Assembly (NCBI GenBank): GCA_045658315.1
Contig: JAZOUV010000040.1
Coordinates: 12,081-76,080, forward strand
Length of the DNA stretch: 64,000 nucleotides
Source of the DNA: Eubacteriales bacterium
GTDB lineage: Bacteria; Bacillota; Clostridia; Oscillospirales; CAG-272
Direction: 5' to 3'
Shown: piece after piece, positions 39,282 through 48,306 of the stretch
How positions within the stretch are numbered: position 1 is the first letter of the stretch
How the letters are laid out: every line of letters starts with the position of its first letter
Made by a program: the position numbers and the translations under genes
Notes under the pieces: generated by a model
What the model was told of the DNA's origin: nothing
Database searches by the model: none
The model's input: only the letters and a program-made list of their open reading frames with translations

Positions 39282-39713
39282 TTAGAACCCAAGAGACATA
39301 AGTGTTTCTGCAAGTTCTTCCGAATTCATATCATTTTCTGCGATCCACTTGTCTTCATCCCAGACTTCAACGTGGTTTCCCACTCCGATAACGTAAACGT
39401 TTTTATCAAGACCTGCATATAATTTGTGCGACTGTGTAATAAGCACTCTTCCCTGGCTGTCTATCTTCGTCTTAACAGCAGATGCCATAAGCGTTCTCTT
39501 AACGCGTCTTGCCTTCATTTCGGGAAGCTGATTGAGTTTTTCGGTAAATGCATCCCAAGCCTCTTTGGGATAAACGGCAATACAGGTATCAACGCCTTTT
39601 ACGACAAAGACCTCTTCGCCCAATTCTTCACGCATGGTCGCAGGAAGAAACATTCTGTTTTTCGGGTCAATCGAATGCTTATATTCACCCGTAAACATGA
39701 ATTCGCCGATCAT
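39282..39713 (-). CDS. mraZ: transcriptional regulator MraZ
   Basis: FTGEYKHSIDPKNRMFLP and a second SpoVT-AbrB half, IDSQGRVLI. 143 aa. An alternative start lies at 39698. Confidence 0.93.
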   Translation of the reverse strand: MIGEFMFTGEYKHSIDPKNRMFLPATMREELGEEVFVVKGVDTCIAVYPKEAWDAFTEKLNQLPEMKARRVKRTLMASAVKTKIDSQGRVLITQSHKLYAGLDKNVYVIGVGNHVEVWDEDKWIAENDMNSEELAETLMSLGF

Positions 39714-39842
39714 TTACCTCACCTCCCGTTTCTTTCATTTTTATATATACATATTGGATAAAAAGCGACAAAAAGGGTATAAAAAACAAATGTCCCGAAA
39801 GTAGCTCCAACCGTTTTTCTCCATATTCAAGTCATATTGGTT

Positions 39843-39891
39843 CACTTCAACGCCACTTCACTGACATTTCACTACACTTTACACCACCACT
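39843..39891 (-). promoter_or_regulatory. AGTG direct-repeat array immediately downstream of the -10 (candidate MraZ operator)
   Basis: Minus strand AGTGGTGGTGTAAAGTGTAGTGAAATGTCAGTGAAGTGGCGTTGAAGTGAA. AGTG starts at offsets 1, 14, 19, 30, 35 and 46, giving 16-nt periodicity of AGTGnAGTG units. Confidence 0.4.
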
Positions 39892-39920
39892 ATTGTACAC
39901 TATCTCCCCAAATTTTTCAA
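39892..39920 (-). promoter_or_regulatory. candidate Pmra (dcw cluster promoter)
   Basis: Minus strand TTGAAA (39920-39915) - 17 nt - TACAAT (39897-39892), ~180 nt upstream of the mraZ ATG. Confidence 0.55.
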
Positions 39921-40067
39921 TAGTTTTTTACATTTTTTTAGAACTTTATCATTTTAACAATTATCGCCTCATACTATTTGTGCACCTTGCACAACTTTTT
40001 CTTTATTTTGCCGAAAAAACGACAAAATTACAATCCCATTTTCTCAATATTATCCAAATTTTTGTAC

Positions 40068-40103
40068 AAAGAAAAAACATCCCTTACTCTATTTAGAGCA
40101 AGG
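40068..40103 (-). terminator. terminator after coaD
   Basis: Minus strand CCTTGCTCT-AAAT-AGAGTAAGG (one G-U) followed by GATGTTTTTTC. Confidence 0.6.
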
Positions 40104-40142
40104 AATGTCATTTCTTGTAAAATTTACGGGAGAAAACAGTAT

Positions 40143-40619
40143 TTACATCTTATTTTTTATAAACTCATCCACACCTTTAGGAACATACGGTGTTACATCA
40201 CGTCCGTATTTTATCATATCACGCACAAAGGTAGAGCTTATATGCTTATATTCGGGCAATGAGGGCATAAAAATCGTGTCATATCCGCCGATGCTTCTGT
40301 TTATAACAAAAAGATCATATTCATACTCAAAATCCATAGTATCACGAATTCCTTTGATAATATAATCAATGTTATGAGCTTTTGCGTAGTCCACAACAAG
40401 CGTATCAGTTATATCCGCGTGAACATTAGGCAAATCCCTTACGGCAATTTTCAGCATCTCATAACATTCAGCCCCAGTAAAACCGCCCTTCCCCTTTTTT
40501 TCGGTATTTTGGAAAACAACAACGTACACTTCATCAAAAACGCCCGCACATCTTTCGATTATATTGTAATGTCCGACAGTTACAGGGTCAAAGCTTCCCG
40601 GTATCAATACTTTTTTCAT
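40143..40619 (-). CDS. coaD: phosphopantetheine adenylyltransferase
   Basis: Start trimmed to ATG 40619 (MKKVLIPGSFDPVTVGHYNIIERC). ISSTFVRD near the C-terminus. Confidence 0.93.
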   Translation of the reverse strand: MKKVLIPGSFDPVTVGHYNIIERCAGVFDEVYVVVFQNTEKKGKGGFTGAECYEMLKIAVRDLPNVHADITDTLVVDYAKAHNIDYIIKGIRDTMDFEYEYDLFVINRSIGGYDTIFMPSLPEYKHISSTFVRDMIKYGRDVTPYVPKGVDEFIKNKM

Positions 40620-41173
40620 AAATCTTCTCCCTTCTTGCAAAGCACGGTAATATACACCCGTCCGTATTTGTTATGCTTCACCGTTTCAAGTCCTTCACAG
40701 GTATATTCAACATCGTCCTCGCTCTCGCAAACCACTTTAGCATTGCGGTTAAGCAGGTCATATTTAACGAGGCTCTCTAATATCTCGGGCAATATCTTCA
40801 TAGAATACGGCGGGTCGAGAATAACTATATCAAATTTTTCTCTCCCCTTTGCTCCGCGGAGATAATCCTTGTAGTCCACATTGACTATCTTGCACTTTTC
40901 TATAAGTCTTGTCTTCTTTGCGTTTTTTTTGACAATTTCCATTGCATCAAGGTTTCTTTCAACAAAGGTACAGCTTCCTGCCCCCCTACTAAGTGCTTCA
41001 AGCCCCATTTGACCGCTTCCCGCAAACAGATCAAGAACACGTCTGTTTTCAAGCTCAAATTGAAGCATACTGAAAATAGATTCTTTAACTCGCTCTGCCG
41101 TAGGACGCGTATCAAGCCCCTCAAGAGTTTCGAGTTTGGTACCCTTTGCAAGTCCCGTTATTATTCTCATCAC
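40616..41173 (-). CDS. rsmD: 16S rRNA (guanine966-N2)-methyltransferase RsmD
   Basis: MRIITGLAKGTKL, TRPTAERVKESIFSML, DLFAGSGQMGLEALSRGA, ILDPPY. Confidence 0.9.
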   Translation of the reverse strand: MMRIITGLAKGTKLETLEGLDTRPTAERVKESIFSMLQFELENRRVLDLFAGSGQMGLEALSRGAGSCTFVERNLDAMEIVKKNAKKTRLIEKCKIVNVDYKDYLRGAKGREKFDIVILDPPYSMKILPEILESLVKYDLLNRNAKVVCESEDDVEYTCEGLETVKHNKYGRVYITVLCKKGEDL

Positions 41174-41175
41174 AG

Positions 41176-43020
41176 TTATTCTCCTTTATCTACCGAAAAG
41201 TAATTAAACACGTTTTCGGCGTTTTTTTCAGATATACCCCTAACAGCTTTTATTTCATCAAGCGATGCTTTTTTTAAGGCAGAAAGGCTCTTGAAATGAG
41301 CAAGTATTCTTTTTGCCTTTTCGCTTCCTATACCGTCGATCTCTTCAAGCACCGATCTTTTTAAAGACCTCTCTTTCGACGCCCTCATTTTTGATATAGT
41401 AAAGCGGTGCACTTCCTCTTGCAGTTTATAAACAAGCATATACACCTGCTTTTCTTTCGCAATACTTATTTCATCGTCCTCGGTGCAAAGTGTTCGCGTT
41501 TTGTGATAGTCGTCTTTTGCCATGCCAAATACGGGAATATCTACACGCATTTTTTGCAAAACCTCTTTTATAACCGAAACGTGCCCTTTGCCACCGTCAA
41601 GAAGTATAAGATCCGGTAACTTTGCAAATCCCTCGTCTCCCTGCTTTGCACGTTCAAAACGCCTCGTGACCGCCTCAGCCATAGAGGCGTAGTCGTCTTG
41701 CTTATCGGTTATATTTTTTATCTTAAACAGGCGGTATTCGCTCTTTTGTGGCTTACCATCCTCAAAAACGACCATGCCTGCAGTTATATTTTCTTTGCCG
41801 TAGTTTGAAATGTCGAAGCTCTCTATTCTCTCGGGCACTACTTCAAGCTGAAGCAACTGTGCAAGCTTAATGAGAACCGCATCGTCAGCCGCTCTGCTCT
41901 CTTTGTATTGATATGCATGCCTTGCAGCATTCTCGTAAACCATATCGCAAAGCTTCTTTGTCTCTCCCCTTTCGGGCGTTCTGACAACCACTTTACGCTC
42001 GGCAATAACACGCAAAGCATCCTCAAGGGCATCCTTTTCTTCGCCAATCTCAAAATTTAGCAATACCCCTTTGGGAACGTCGCCCCTCTTTGCGTAAAAA
42101 TCATACAAAAACGACTGCAAATCCGTATTATTGAGTAGCTCATCGGGGGTAAAAATATAGTTTTCGGTATTTATTATCCTACCCTCTCTGATAAAAAATA
42201 CAGAAATACAAGAAACAGCATCATCTGTATAAAGAGCAAAAATATCGTGTTCCGAATCGGGAGAACCGACAATCTTATGTCTCTGCCAAACCTTTAACAA
42301 TGCATCAATGCGATCTCTGTAAACAGCCGCCGCCTCAAACATCAGCTCTTCGGAAAAATACTCCATTTTCTCGGTCAGCTTCTTCTTAACCTCGGAAAAA
42401 CTGCCTCGCAGAAACAATATTATTTGTCTGTAGATTTCCTTATATTCCTCGCTTGAAATATTTCCCGTGCAAGGTCCTACACAATCCCCAATCTGACAAT
42501 AAAGACAAGGTCTTTCCCTGCCTATATCTTTTGGGAAATTCCTGTTGCAAGAATGTACCTTAAAGCACTTTTGAACAGTCTTCAAAACTCCGTAAGCCGC
42601 CGATATCGTCGAATAAGGGCCGAAATACTTTGCTCCGTCGCTCTTCCTTGCAAACACCACCTCTGCCTTGGGATAATCTTCGTTAAGCTGTATCCGTATA
42701 TACGGCATATTTTTGCCGTCCTTAAGCTTAATATTGTATTTAGGTGAATACTGCTTGATAAGCTGACTTTCAAGTGCCAACGCCTCGTTTTCGGTATCGG
42801 TTAAAATATAGTCAAAATCACGCACCTTCGACACCATCATAACCGTCTTTGTGTCATGCTTACTGTTTTTTCGGAAATATTGCGACACTCTGTTTTTCAG
42901 TGCCCTCGACTTCCCCACATAAACGACTCTTCGTTTTTCATCACGCATTATATAAACACCGGGAGAAAGAGGCAGCTTTAGTGCCTTATCAAGTAAAAAA
43001 TCTATATCCTGCTGTGACAT
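41176..43020 (-). CDS. uvrC: excinuclease ABC subunit C
   Basis: Start trimmed to ATG 43020 (MSQQDIDFLL, SD AAAGGAGAAGAGGG). GIY-YIG domain (GVYIMRDEKRRVVYVGKSRALKNRVSQYF) and C-terminal HhH (IDGIGSEKAKRIL). Confidence 0.93.
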   Translation of the reverse strand: MSQQDIDFLLDKALKLPLSPGVYIMRDEKRRVVYVGKSRALKNRVSQYFRKNSKHDTKTVMMVSKVRDFDYILTDTENEALALESQLIKQYSPKYNIKLKDGKNMPYIRIQLNEDYPKAEVVFARKSDGAKYFGPYSTISAAYGVLKTVQKCFKVHSCNRNFPKDIGRERPCLYCQIGDCVGPCTGNISSEEYKEIYRQIILFLRGSFSEVKKKLTEKMEYFSEELMFEAAAVYRDRIDALLKVWQRHKIVGSPDSEHDIFALYTDDAVSCISVFFIREGRIINTENYIFTPDELLNNTDLQSFLYDFYAKRGDVPKGVLLNFEIGEEKDALEDALRVIAERKVVVRTPERGETKKLCDMVYENAARHAYQYKESRAADDAVLIKLAQLLQLEVVPERIESFDISNYGKENITAGMVVFEDGKPQKSEYRLFKIKNITDKQDDYASMAEAVTRRFERAKQGDEGFAKLPDLILLDGGKGHVSVIKEVLQKMRVDIPVFGMAKDDYHKTRTLCTEDDEISIAKEKQVYMLVYKLQEEVHRFTISKMRASKERSLKRSVLEEIDGIGSEKAKRILAHFKSLSALKKASLDEIKAVRGISEKNAENVFNYFSVDKGE

Positions 43021-43117
43021 AACCCTCTTCTCCTTTCTGTGACACCTACAAAAAAGACGGACAAAGCACAATAAAGTCAATGTCCGTTTTTTAGCAAAAT
43101 CATTATTGGATAATTAA

Positions 43118-43381
43118 TCAGTCACCAAAACCTGTGTTAACAAGCTCAATCAAACCGTCAACAGCTTCGTTTTCATCGGGACCGTCAGCAATAACGGTAA
43201 TAGTCATCCCCTTAACAATACCAAGCGAAAGTACACCGAGGAGACTCTTTGCGTTTACGCGGCGCTCTTCCTTCTCAACCCAAACAGAACATTTAAAAGA
43301 ATTAGCCTTCTGAATAAAAAATGTAGCGGGACGTGCATGCAAACCAATATTGTTGCTTATCAAAACTTCGCGTGAAATCAT
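43118..43381 (-). CDS. ptsH: phosphocarrier protein HPr
   Basis: Start trimmed to ATG 43381. 87 aa. His15 motif NNIGLHARPAT and Ser46 motif VNAKSLLGVLSLG. No ptsI adjacent. Confidence 0.88.
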   Translation of the reverse strand: MISREVLISNNIGLHARPATFFIQKANSFKCSVWVEKEERRVNAKSLLGVLSLGIVKGMTITVIADGPDENEAVDGLIELVNTGFGD

Positions 43382-43508
43382 TATCTTTGTCGCTCCTATC
43401 AAAATAAAAATAAACTGTAAAAAGCTATAGTTATCAACATACTTAACACTATTATAATACAACCGTCAAATAAAATCAAGTATTTTTGTTATATTTATTC
43501 AACAACAC

Positions 43509-44006
43509 CTATTCAGTTTGTTTTTTCACATCAAAAATTAGTCCATTTCCCGAAAATCTTGGAGTAAAAGTCTCAATTTCCATACCTGCGGCAACATAAT
43601 CGGTTCCGTTTGCAAGAAATCCAGCATCCGTAAAATTGCCCTCGACCTCTACTATGGCTGTAACGTCTTTCTTTGATTCATCAATGCCCAGCACCCACTT
43701 GCCGTCCGAATTTTTGTAATAGACCTTGGCCTCCTCAACAGTTAATTCAACCACCGTGCCTAAAGTTTTTCCGCCGTCAAAAAACAGCTTGTCGCCCACA
43801 ACCGCCCTTTCGGCAATTTCGGGTGAAAGTGACGAATACAAAACCGATACCAGACTGTGTTCATCCGTTATAACGGCATTGTTTTTTTCAAAAAGCTTAT
43901 AATGCACAAACGTCCCCGCAATACATGCAACAACTGTCAGCAATATCAAAATATCAATAATGCTTATTCTTATTTTTTTACGTGCATTTCTTTCTGCACC
44001 GGTCAT
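43509..44006 (-). CDS. DUF4330-like membrane-anchored protein (paralog B)
   Basis: 165 aa. N-terminal basic segment plus TM (KKIRISIIDILILLTVVACIAG). The size and N-terminus match my recollection of DUF4330. The start shares one nucleotide with the upstream stop (TAATG). Confidence 0.5.
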   Translation of the reverse strand: MTGAERNARKKIRISIIDILILLTVVACIAGTFVHYKLFEKNNAVITDEHSLVSVLYSSLSPEIAERAVVGDKLFFDGGKTLGTVVELTVEEAKVYYKNSDGKWVLGIDESKKDVTAIVEVEGNFTDAGFLANGTDYVAAGMEIETFTPRFSGNGLIFDVKKQTE

Positions 44007-44512
44007 TATTCACTCACCTCACTTATAGATACACAAACCGTATCACCAGTATAATAAGGGAATTTCAGTCTCGCTTCTTTTCCGATATTCAACACATATC
44101 CGTTTATATTGCAAAAACCGTTTTCGTCAATTACTGCTTTCGCACTTATTCTTATCTTAACGTCTATTTTACCCGGATAAATCTCCTCAAATCTGTTGTT
44201 TTCGTTGTCATATCCGGAATATACCGAATCGGTATATTCAACGTCGATAACCTGCCCCAACAATGCTGAAGTTCCAGCCTCGGCAACCGAATCGCCTATA
44301 TTTATTTTACCCCTCAAAATAGCAGGAATTTCCGTTTGACTGACAGTATAAATAATATCCACCGAGTCAACATCATTTTCGTCATTACCAAGCTTGCCGT
44401 CGTAAAAATATAAAAACAGGATAGCCGCAACCGAAACGACAATGACTAAGATAAGCAATATATCAATTATGTTAAAACGATATTTTCCTCTGCCTCTGTT
44501 TAAAGAACTCAA
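44006..44512 (-). CDS. DUF4330-like membrane-anchored protein (paralog A)
   Basis: 168 aa. RFNIIDILLILVIVVSVAAILF parallels the N-terminus of the downstream paralog. 4-nt overlap with the upstream membrane gene. Confidence 0.5.
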   Translation of the reverse strand: MSSLNRGRGKYRFNIIDILLILVIVVSVAAILFLYFYDGKLGNDENDVDSVDIIYTVSQTEIPAILRGKINIGDSVAEAGTSALLGQVIDVEYTDSVYSGYDNENNRFEEIYPGKIDVKIRISAKAVIDENGFCNINGYVLNIGKEARLKFPYYTGDTVCVSISEVSE

Positions 44513-46260
44513 TATAAATCCCCCTCACTGTAATCAAACTTATCATATTCATTATAAACAGCGTTACTCCGTTCTGTCTCGCACACACAAGAAGCAAGTC
44601 CAAGCAACAGCCAGAATATAAGTAACAATTTGAAGTCGGCCGCAATAACGATATTCTGTCCCATAACTATAAATGCCGTAACACCTGCCATAGCACCTAA
44701 GGAAACCTTTCTTCCCTCTATACTGCACCCATCGGAAAAGAATGTGATACTCTTTTGCAAACAGAGAAGTAAGACCAAAGCAAACAAGAAAACCGCTAAT
44801 ATATAGAAGATATCTATATGCCCATTCACATCACCGAATAATGCTTCGTGAAGATGATCTGTTATGCTGCTGTCAAACATTCTTTCAAAAAAGCTTTTAG
44901 GCAGATTAATGAATACAACAGGTAAAGTGCAAAGCATAATTCCTATAAATGCAAGAGTCTTCTTTCCGTAAAACACAAAAAACAGAACAACTCCGAAAAG
45001 AATACTAATCCAAGCTCTGTATTCACGTGTCAAAAACAGACATACAACACCTGCTATTACCGCAAAAAACGATATAACCGAATTAGCTTTTTTATTTTTT
45101 GCAACGGCAATCAAAGGAAGTACCGTAACAATATATGAAGCAAATATCTCGGCAGAGCCAAACAAGCTCTGCATTCCCATATCATCTGTTGCTCTAAAAA
45201 CAAAGGTAAGATAGTCAATCCCAAGTTTTGCGGAAATATATGAAGCAAGTCCATAGAAAACGCTTAGAAAGAAAGAGAAAACTAAAGAAGTAAGAGTCCT
45301 GCTTATCCATTTTTTCGACTTTATGAGGTTAATTACCAAGAAGAAAATACAAACACCAAGCAACCCCTGCCAAAATCTTTGGGTATTGGGAAGCATCAAC
45401 AGAGAGAACGCCAACACCGCTGTAGCCATAGGGTCAAACTTGACCGTTCTTTTCCCCCTAATGTATTTCATCAAAAAGCATACGGTAATATATACTATAA
45501 GCATGCTCAAACGACGAGCTGACAAAAAAGGCAACAAGAACACTAAAGAAACAATTCCCGTTTCAGGGATATAAAAAATAGTCAAAGCGAGTACGATAAC
45601 ACCTATAAAAGCAAATAGTATTATAGGTCTTACCCACCATGACAGAACGCAGAAAATAACTCCTAAAGGTAATGCGGTTCTGGTATGGCTTTTTTGAAGT
45701 GATTGTTGCTCGAAGGCTTCTTTTTTACAGCCAAGCCACTCAAACAATAACCATCTTGCACTCTTGCTTTCGCACACCGCCTCATTTAGGGAAGCGTGTG
45801 ATATTATAAGAGGAATGGATACGGCAATAAGCATTAATGAAATGAACATATCGAGAAAAGAGAGTTTGCCGATTCCCATGCCATAAACTTTTAATAATTG
45901 GAGCAGAACGAAGCCGATGCCTGAGGTTATTGAAAAAAGTCCGTAAACACTTAGCTTCGTATATAGCCAGCCCTTGAAATAACCGTTTATTTTTTCAAGC
46001 AAAAAGCTTTGAGACACAAGTTTGGAAATATTTCTTTTTACAGGTCGGAAAAACTTTTTTCCAAGATTAAGCCTTCCGAACAATCGGCAAATCATGCTGT
46101 CTTCAGCATAGTTAGTGTTGTATGACGTAAACATTTTCCCCGCAAGACTGCATTCCGCTTTGCTGTACAGGAACGATGCTATAGTTACAAAAAACTCCAG
46201 AATTTTACTCCGTGCAAACAGCACGCTCATTCTTTTTTTTCTGTTTTTCTTCACCGACAT
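44509..46260 (-). CDS. large polytopic membrane protein, possibly O-antigen ligase/Wzy-like
   Basis: 583 aa with >=10 hydrophobic segments. The segment LTREYRAWISILFGVVLFFVF resembles the Wzy_C core (SRGAWLAL-type). Weak assignment. Confidence 0.45.
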   Translation of the reverse strand: MSVKKNRKKRMSVLFARSKILEFFVTIASFLYSKAECSLAGKMFTSYNTNYAEDSMICRLFGRLNLGKKFFRPVKRNISKLVSQSFLLEKINGYFKGWLYTKLSVYGLFSITSGIGFVLLQLLKVYGMGIGKLSFLDMFISLMLIAVSIPLIISHASLNEAVCESKSARWLLFEWLGCKKEAFEQQSLQKSHTRTALPLGVIFCVLSWWVRPIILFAFIGVIVLALTIFYIPETGIVSLVFLLPFLSARRLSMLIVYITVCFLMKYIRGKRTVKFDPMATAVLAFSLLMLPNTQRFWQGLLGVCIFFLVINLIKSKKWISRTLTSLVFSFFLSVFYGLASYISAKLGIDYLTFVFRATDDMGMQSLFGSAEIFASYIVTVLPLIAVAKNKKANSVISFFAVIAGVVCLFLTREYRAWISILFGVVLFFVFYGKKTLAFIGIMLCTLPVVFINLPKSFFERMFDSSITDHLHEALFGDVNGHIDIFYILAVFLFALVLLLCLQKSITFFSDGCSIEGRKVSLGAMAGVTAFIVMGQNIVIAADFKLLLIFWLLLGLASCVCETERSNAVYNEYDKFDYSEGDLY

Positions 46261-46299
46261 TACATTCTCACCTCCTGCCTCTTTTTATAATAGTTTGTT

Positions 46300-46980
46300 T
46301 TATATCAAATCGGGTCTGTTCTTTTTTGTTAATTCGACTGCCGACTTGTACCTCCATTTTTTTATTTCTTCATGATTTCCCGACAGAAGAACTTCGGGAA
46401 CTTTTCTGCCCATAAAATCAATGGGGCGTGTGTACTGCGGATATTCAAGCATACCGCCCGCAATGCTTTCATTTTCAAAACACTCGGGGGCGGATAACAC
46501 TCCGTCTATCATTCGCGATATGCAGTCAACAAATATGCAGGCAGGCAATTCGCCTCCCGTTAATACATAATCACCAATCGATATTTCGTCGTCAACTATC
46601 TCTTCTATTATACGTCTGTCAACACCTTCATAGTGTCCGCAAAGAATTATAACCTGGTCGTATTCAAGATATTCCTTTGCAATACTCTGAGTAAGCACCC
46701 TGCCTTGCGGAGACATATACACGGTTCTTCTCTTTTTTCCGTCGGTCTTGTCAATAATATTTTTCCAGCAACGGTATATAGGGGGAGCTGCCATAAGCAT
46801 ACCCATACCGCCGCCGCAGGGAGTGTCATCAACGTTTCTGTGTTTGTCCTCTGAAAAATCTCTTATGTTGTGTGAGTGTATTTCAACAGCACCCTTATTT
46901 TGTGCCCGTCCTATTATGCTTTCTCCGAGAATATTGTCGGTCATCTCGGGAAAAAGCGTCATTATGTCAAACCTCATCAA
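46300..46980 (-). CDS. trmD: tRNA (guanine37-N1)-methyltransferase TrmD
   Basis: MRFDIMTLFPEM, DDTPCGGGMGMLM, LCGHYEGVDRR, ISIGDYVLTGGELPA. Confidence 0.95.
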   Translation of the reverse strand: MMRFDIMTLFPEMTDNILGESIIGRAQNKGAVEIHSHNIRDFSEDKHRNVDDTPCGGGMGMLMAAPPIYRCWKNIIDKTDGKKRRTVYMSPQGRVLTQSIAKEYLEYDQVIILCGHYEGVDRRIIEEIVDDEISIGDYVLTGGELPACIFVDCISRMIDGVLSAPECFENESIAGGMLEYPQYTRPIDFMGRKVPEVLLSGNHEEIKKWRYKSAVELTKKNRPDLI

Positions 46981-47476
46981 ACATTCCCTCTATGGGCTTT
47001 ATCAGTATGCCCTCTTCCAACGATATTTTCTTTACAAATTCGCTGACGGCGGGAATAAGCACCTCACCCTTTTCAGTTGCAACGGTGTATATATCGTGTA
47101 TGCCGTATTGCGTTACGTCTTTAAGCTTGCCGTAAATCTTGCCGCTGTCAACGTCTATAACATCAAGTCCTATCATGTCAGCGATAAAAAACGAGCCGTC
47201 TTCTCTTACTATATCATCTCTGTCTGCATAAATAACCTCTTCGCGAAGAGCGTTAGCCTTATCGAAATCGTCAATACCCTCTAATTTAAGCAGTACCATA
47301 CCCTTGTGAACCGATGCCTTTTGAACGTTTATGCCGATATAATTCCCATTTACCTTGCGGTAAACAACGTCAAGCTCGGTCATTACTTCCGGATAATCAC
47401 ACCACGACTGCACCTTTACGTCGCCTCTGAAGCCGTGAGTATTTACAATCTTGCCTATCTCTAAATATTTCTTCAT
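46967..47476 (-). CDS. rimM: ribosome maturation factor RimM
   Basis: LEIGKIVNTHGFRGDVKV, PRC-barrel C-terminal half. Overlaps trmD by 14 nt. Confidence 0.9.
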   Translation of the reverse strand: MKKYLEIGKIVNTHGFRGDVKVQSWCDYPEVMTELDVVYRKVNGNYIGINVQKASVHKGMVLLKLEGIDDFDKANALREEVIYADRDDIVREDGSFFIADMIGLDVIDVDSGKIYGKLKDVTQYGIHDIYTVATEKGEVLIPAVSEFVKKISLEEGILIKPIEGMFDEV

Positions 47477-47518
47477 ACAGTACCGCCCATTTTTCCTAAT
47501 AAAGCTATCTTTCCTTAT

Positions 47519-47547
47519 ATTATATCATACATTTGATAAACATTCAA
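47519..47547 (-). promoter_or_regulatory. consensus-like promoter directly upstream of rimM
   Basis: Minus strand TTGAAT - 17 nt - TATAAT. Confidence 0.55.
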
Positions 47548-47568
47548 GTATGATGTAAAAATAAAACA

Positions 47569-47715
47569 AACTCCGCTTTCTTTCGCAGAAAACTTGGCAC
47601 CTACTTTCTTTTTCGAAAGAAAGTAGGCAAAGAAAACTTGATTCTCTTGAATTGTACCACATACTTTCTTTTGAGGAAAGAAAATAAGCAAAGAAACCTT
47701 GCTTCTCTGGTTTGT
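47569..47715. repeat. tandem ~60-bp imperfect repeat (2 full copies plus a partial leading copy), each built around a hairpin
   Basis: Copy 1 is 47596-47655 and copy 2 is 47656-47715, roughly 80% identical with small indels. Copy 1 contains a perfect 11-bp stem, CCTACTTTCTT/AAGAAAGTAGG (47600-47627). Confidence 0.8.
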
Positions 47716-47821
47716 GCGAACATTATCACCTTGTCATTTCGAGTGAAGCACCATCAGGTGCGGAATCGAGAAATCCCATTATCTCTATACAGAAACATCA
47801 AGTAAGTAGGCACTTTGTCTT

Positions 47822-48061
47822 ACCTCCATCTGAGGAGGGAGGTGGATTTTGCGAAGCAAAAGACGGAGGGAGAGAAGATCTTTAAACCTTGGTATTTTTT
47901 ATCTCTGTTAATAAACAAAAATCACATTCTATCAACTATGATTTTCTTGATTTAGATAGCAAGACTTAATGCTTTTCTCTCCCTCCGTCTCGGCAAATAC
48001 TATTTTGCTTTTCTACCGCTTATTATATCTTGCCGAGCCACCTCCCTCCTCAGATGGAGGT
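47822..48061. repeat. nested inverted repeats spanning 240 bp
   Basis: Outer arms ACCTCCATCTGAGGAGGGAGGTGG (47822-47845) and its exact reverse complement (48038-48061). Inner arms AGACGGAGGGAGAGAA (47861-47876) and exact reverse complement (47975-47990). Confidence 0.9.
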
Positions 48062-48128
48062 TTATATAGTACCTACAACTTTTTTCATTCCCACATAACT
48101 TTTTTCTTAGTCAATGAATTTCTTTACC

Positions 48129-48192
48129 TCTATCAGAAAACATACAACCTTGTAGGCACATTATAAGCCTTCCTCCGAGATGAAGGTGGTGC
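48129..48192. repeat. diverged third copy of the outer-arm element (direct orientation relative to 47784-47846)
   Basis: CTCTATCAGAAAACATACAACCTTGTAGGCACATTATAAGCCTTCCTCCGAGATGAAGGTGGTG aligns with CTCTATACAGAAACATCAAGTAAGTAGGCACTTTGTCTTACCTCCATCTGAGGAGGGAGGTGG. Confidence 0.6.
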
Positions 48193-48250
48193 CGTTAGGC
48201 GACGAAAGGAGCCTACGTTATATCAAAAAAAGTACTAACTATATTGTAAC

Positions 48251-48306
48251 GCACTCTCCCTCAGTCAAAATCAAAGATTTTGACTGCTTCCTCCAAAAAG
48301 GAGGCT
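48251..48306. repeat. hairpin element carrying the CTCTCCCTCAGTC motif
   Basis: GTCAAAATC-AAA-GATTTTGAC perfect 9-bp stem (48264-48284), then CCTCC-AAAAA-GGAGG. Confidence 0.65.

Noticed and set aside
47969-48166. 65-aa ORF inside the repeat island
   Set aside because: It is translated straight through the inverted-repeat arms (…PPPSSDGG…), has no SD, and is an artefact of the repeat sequence.
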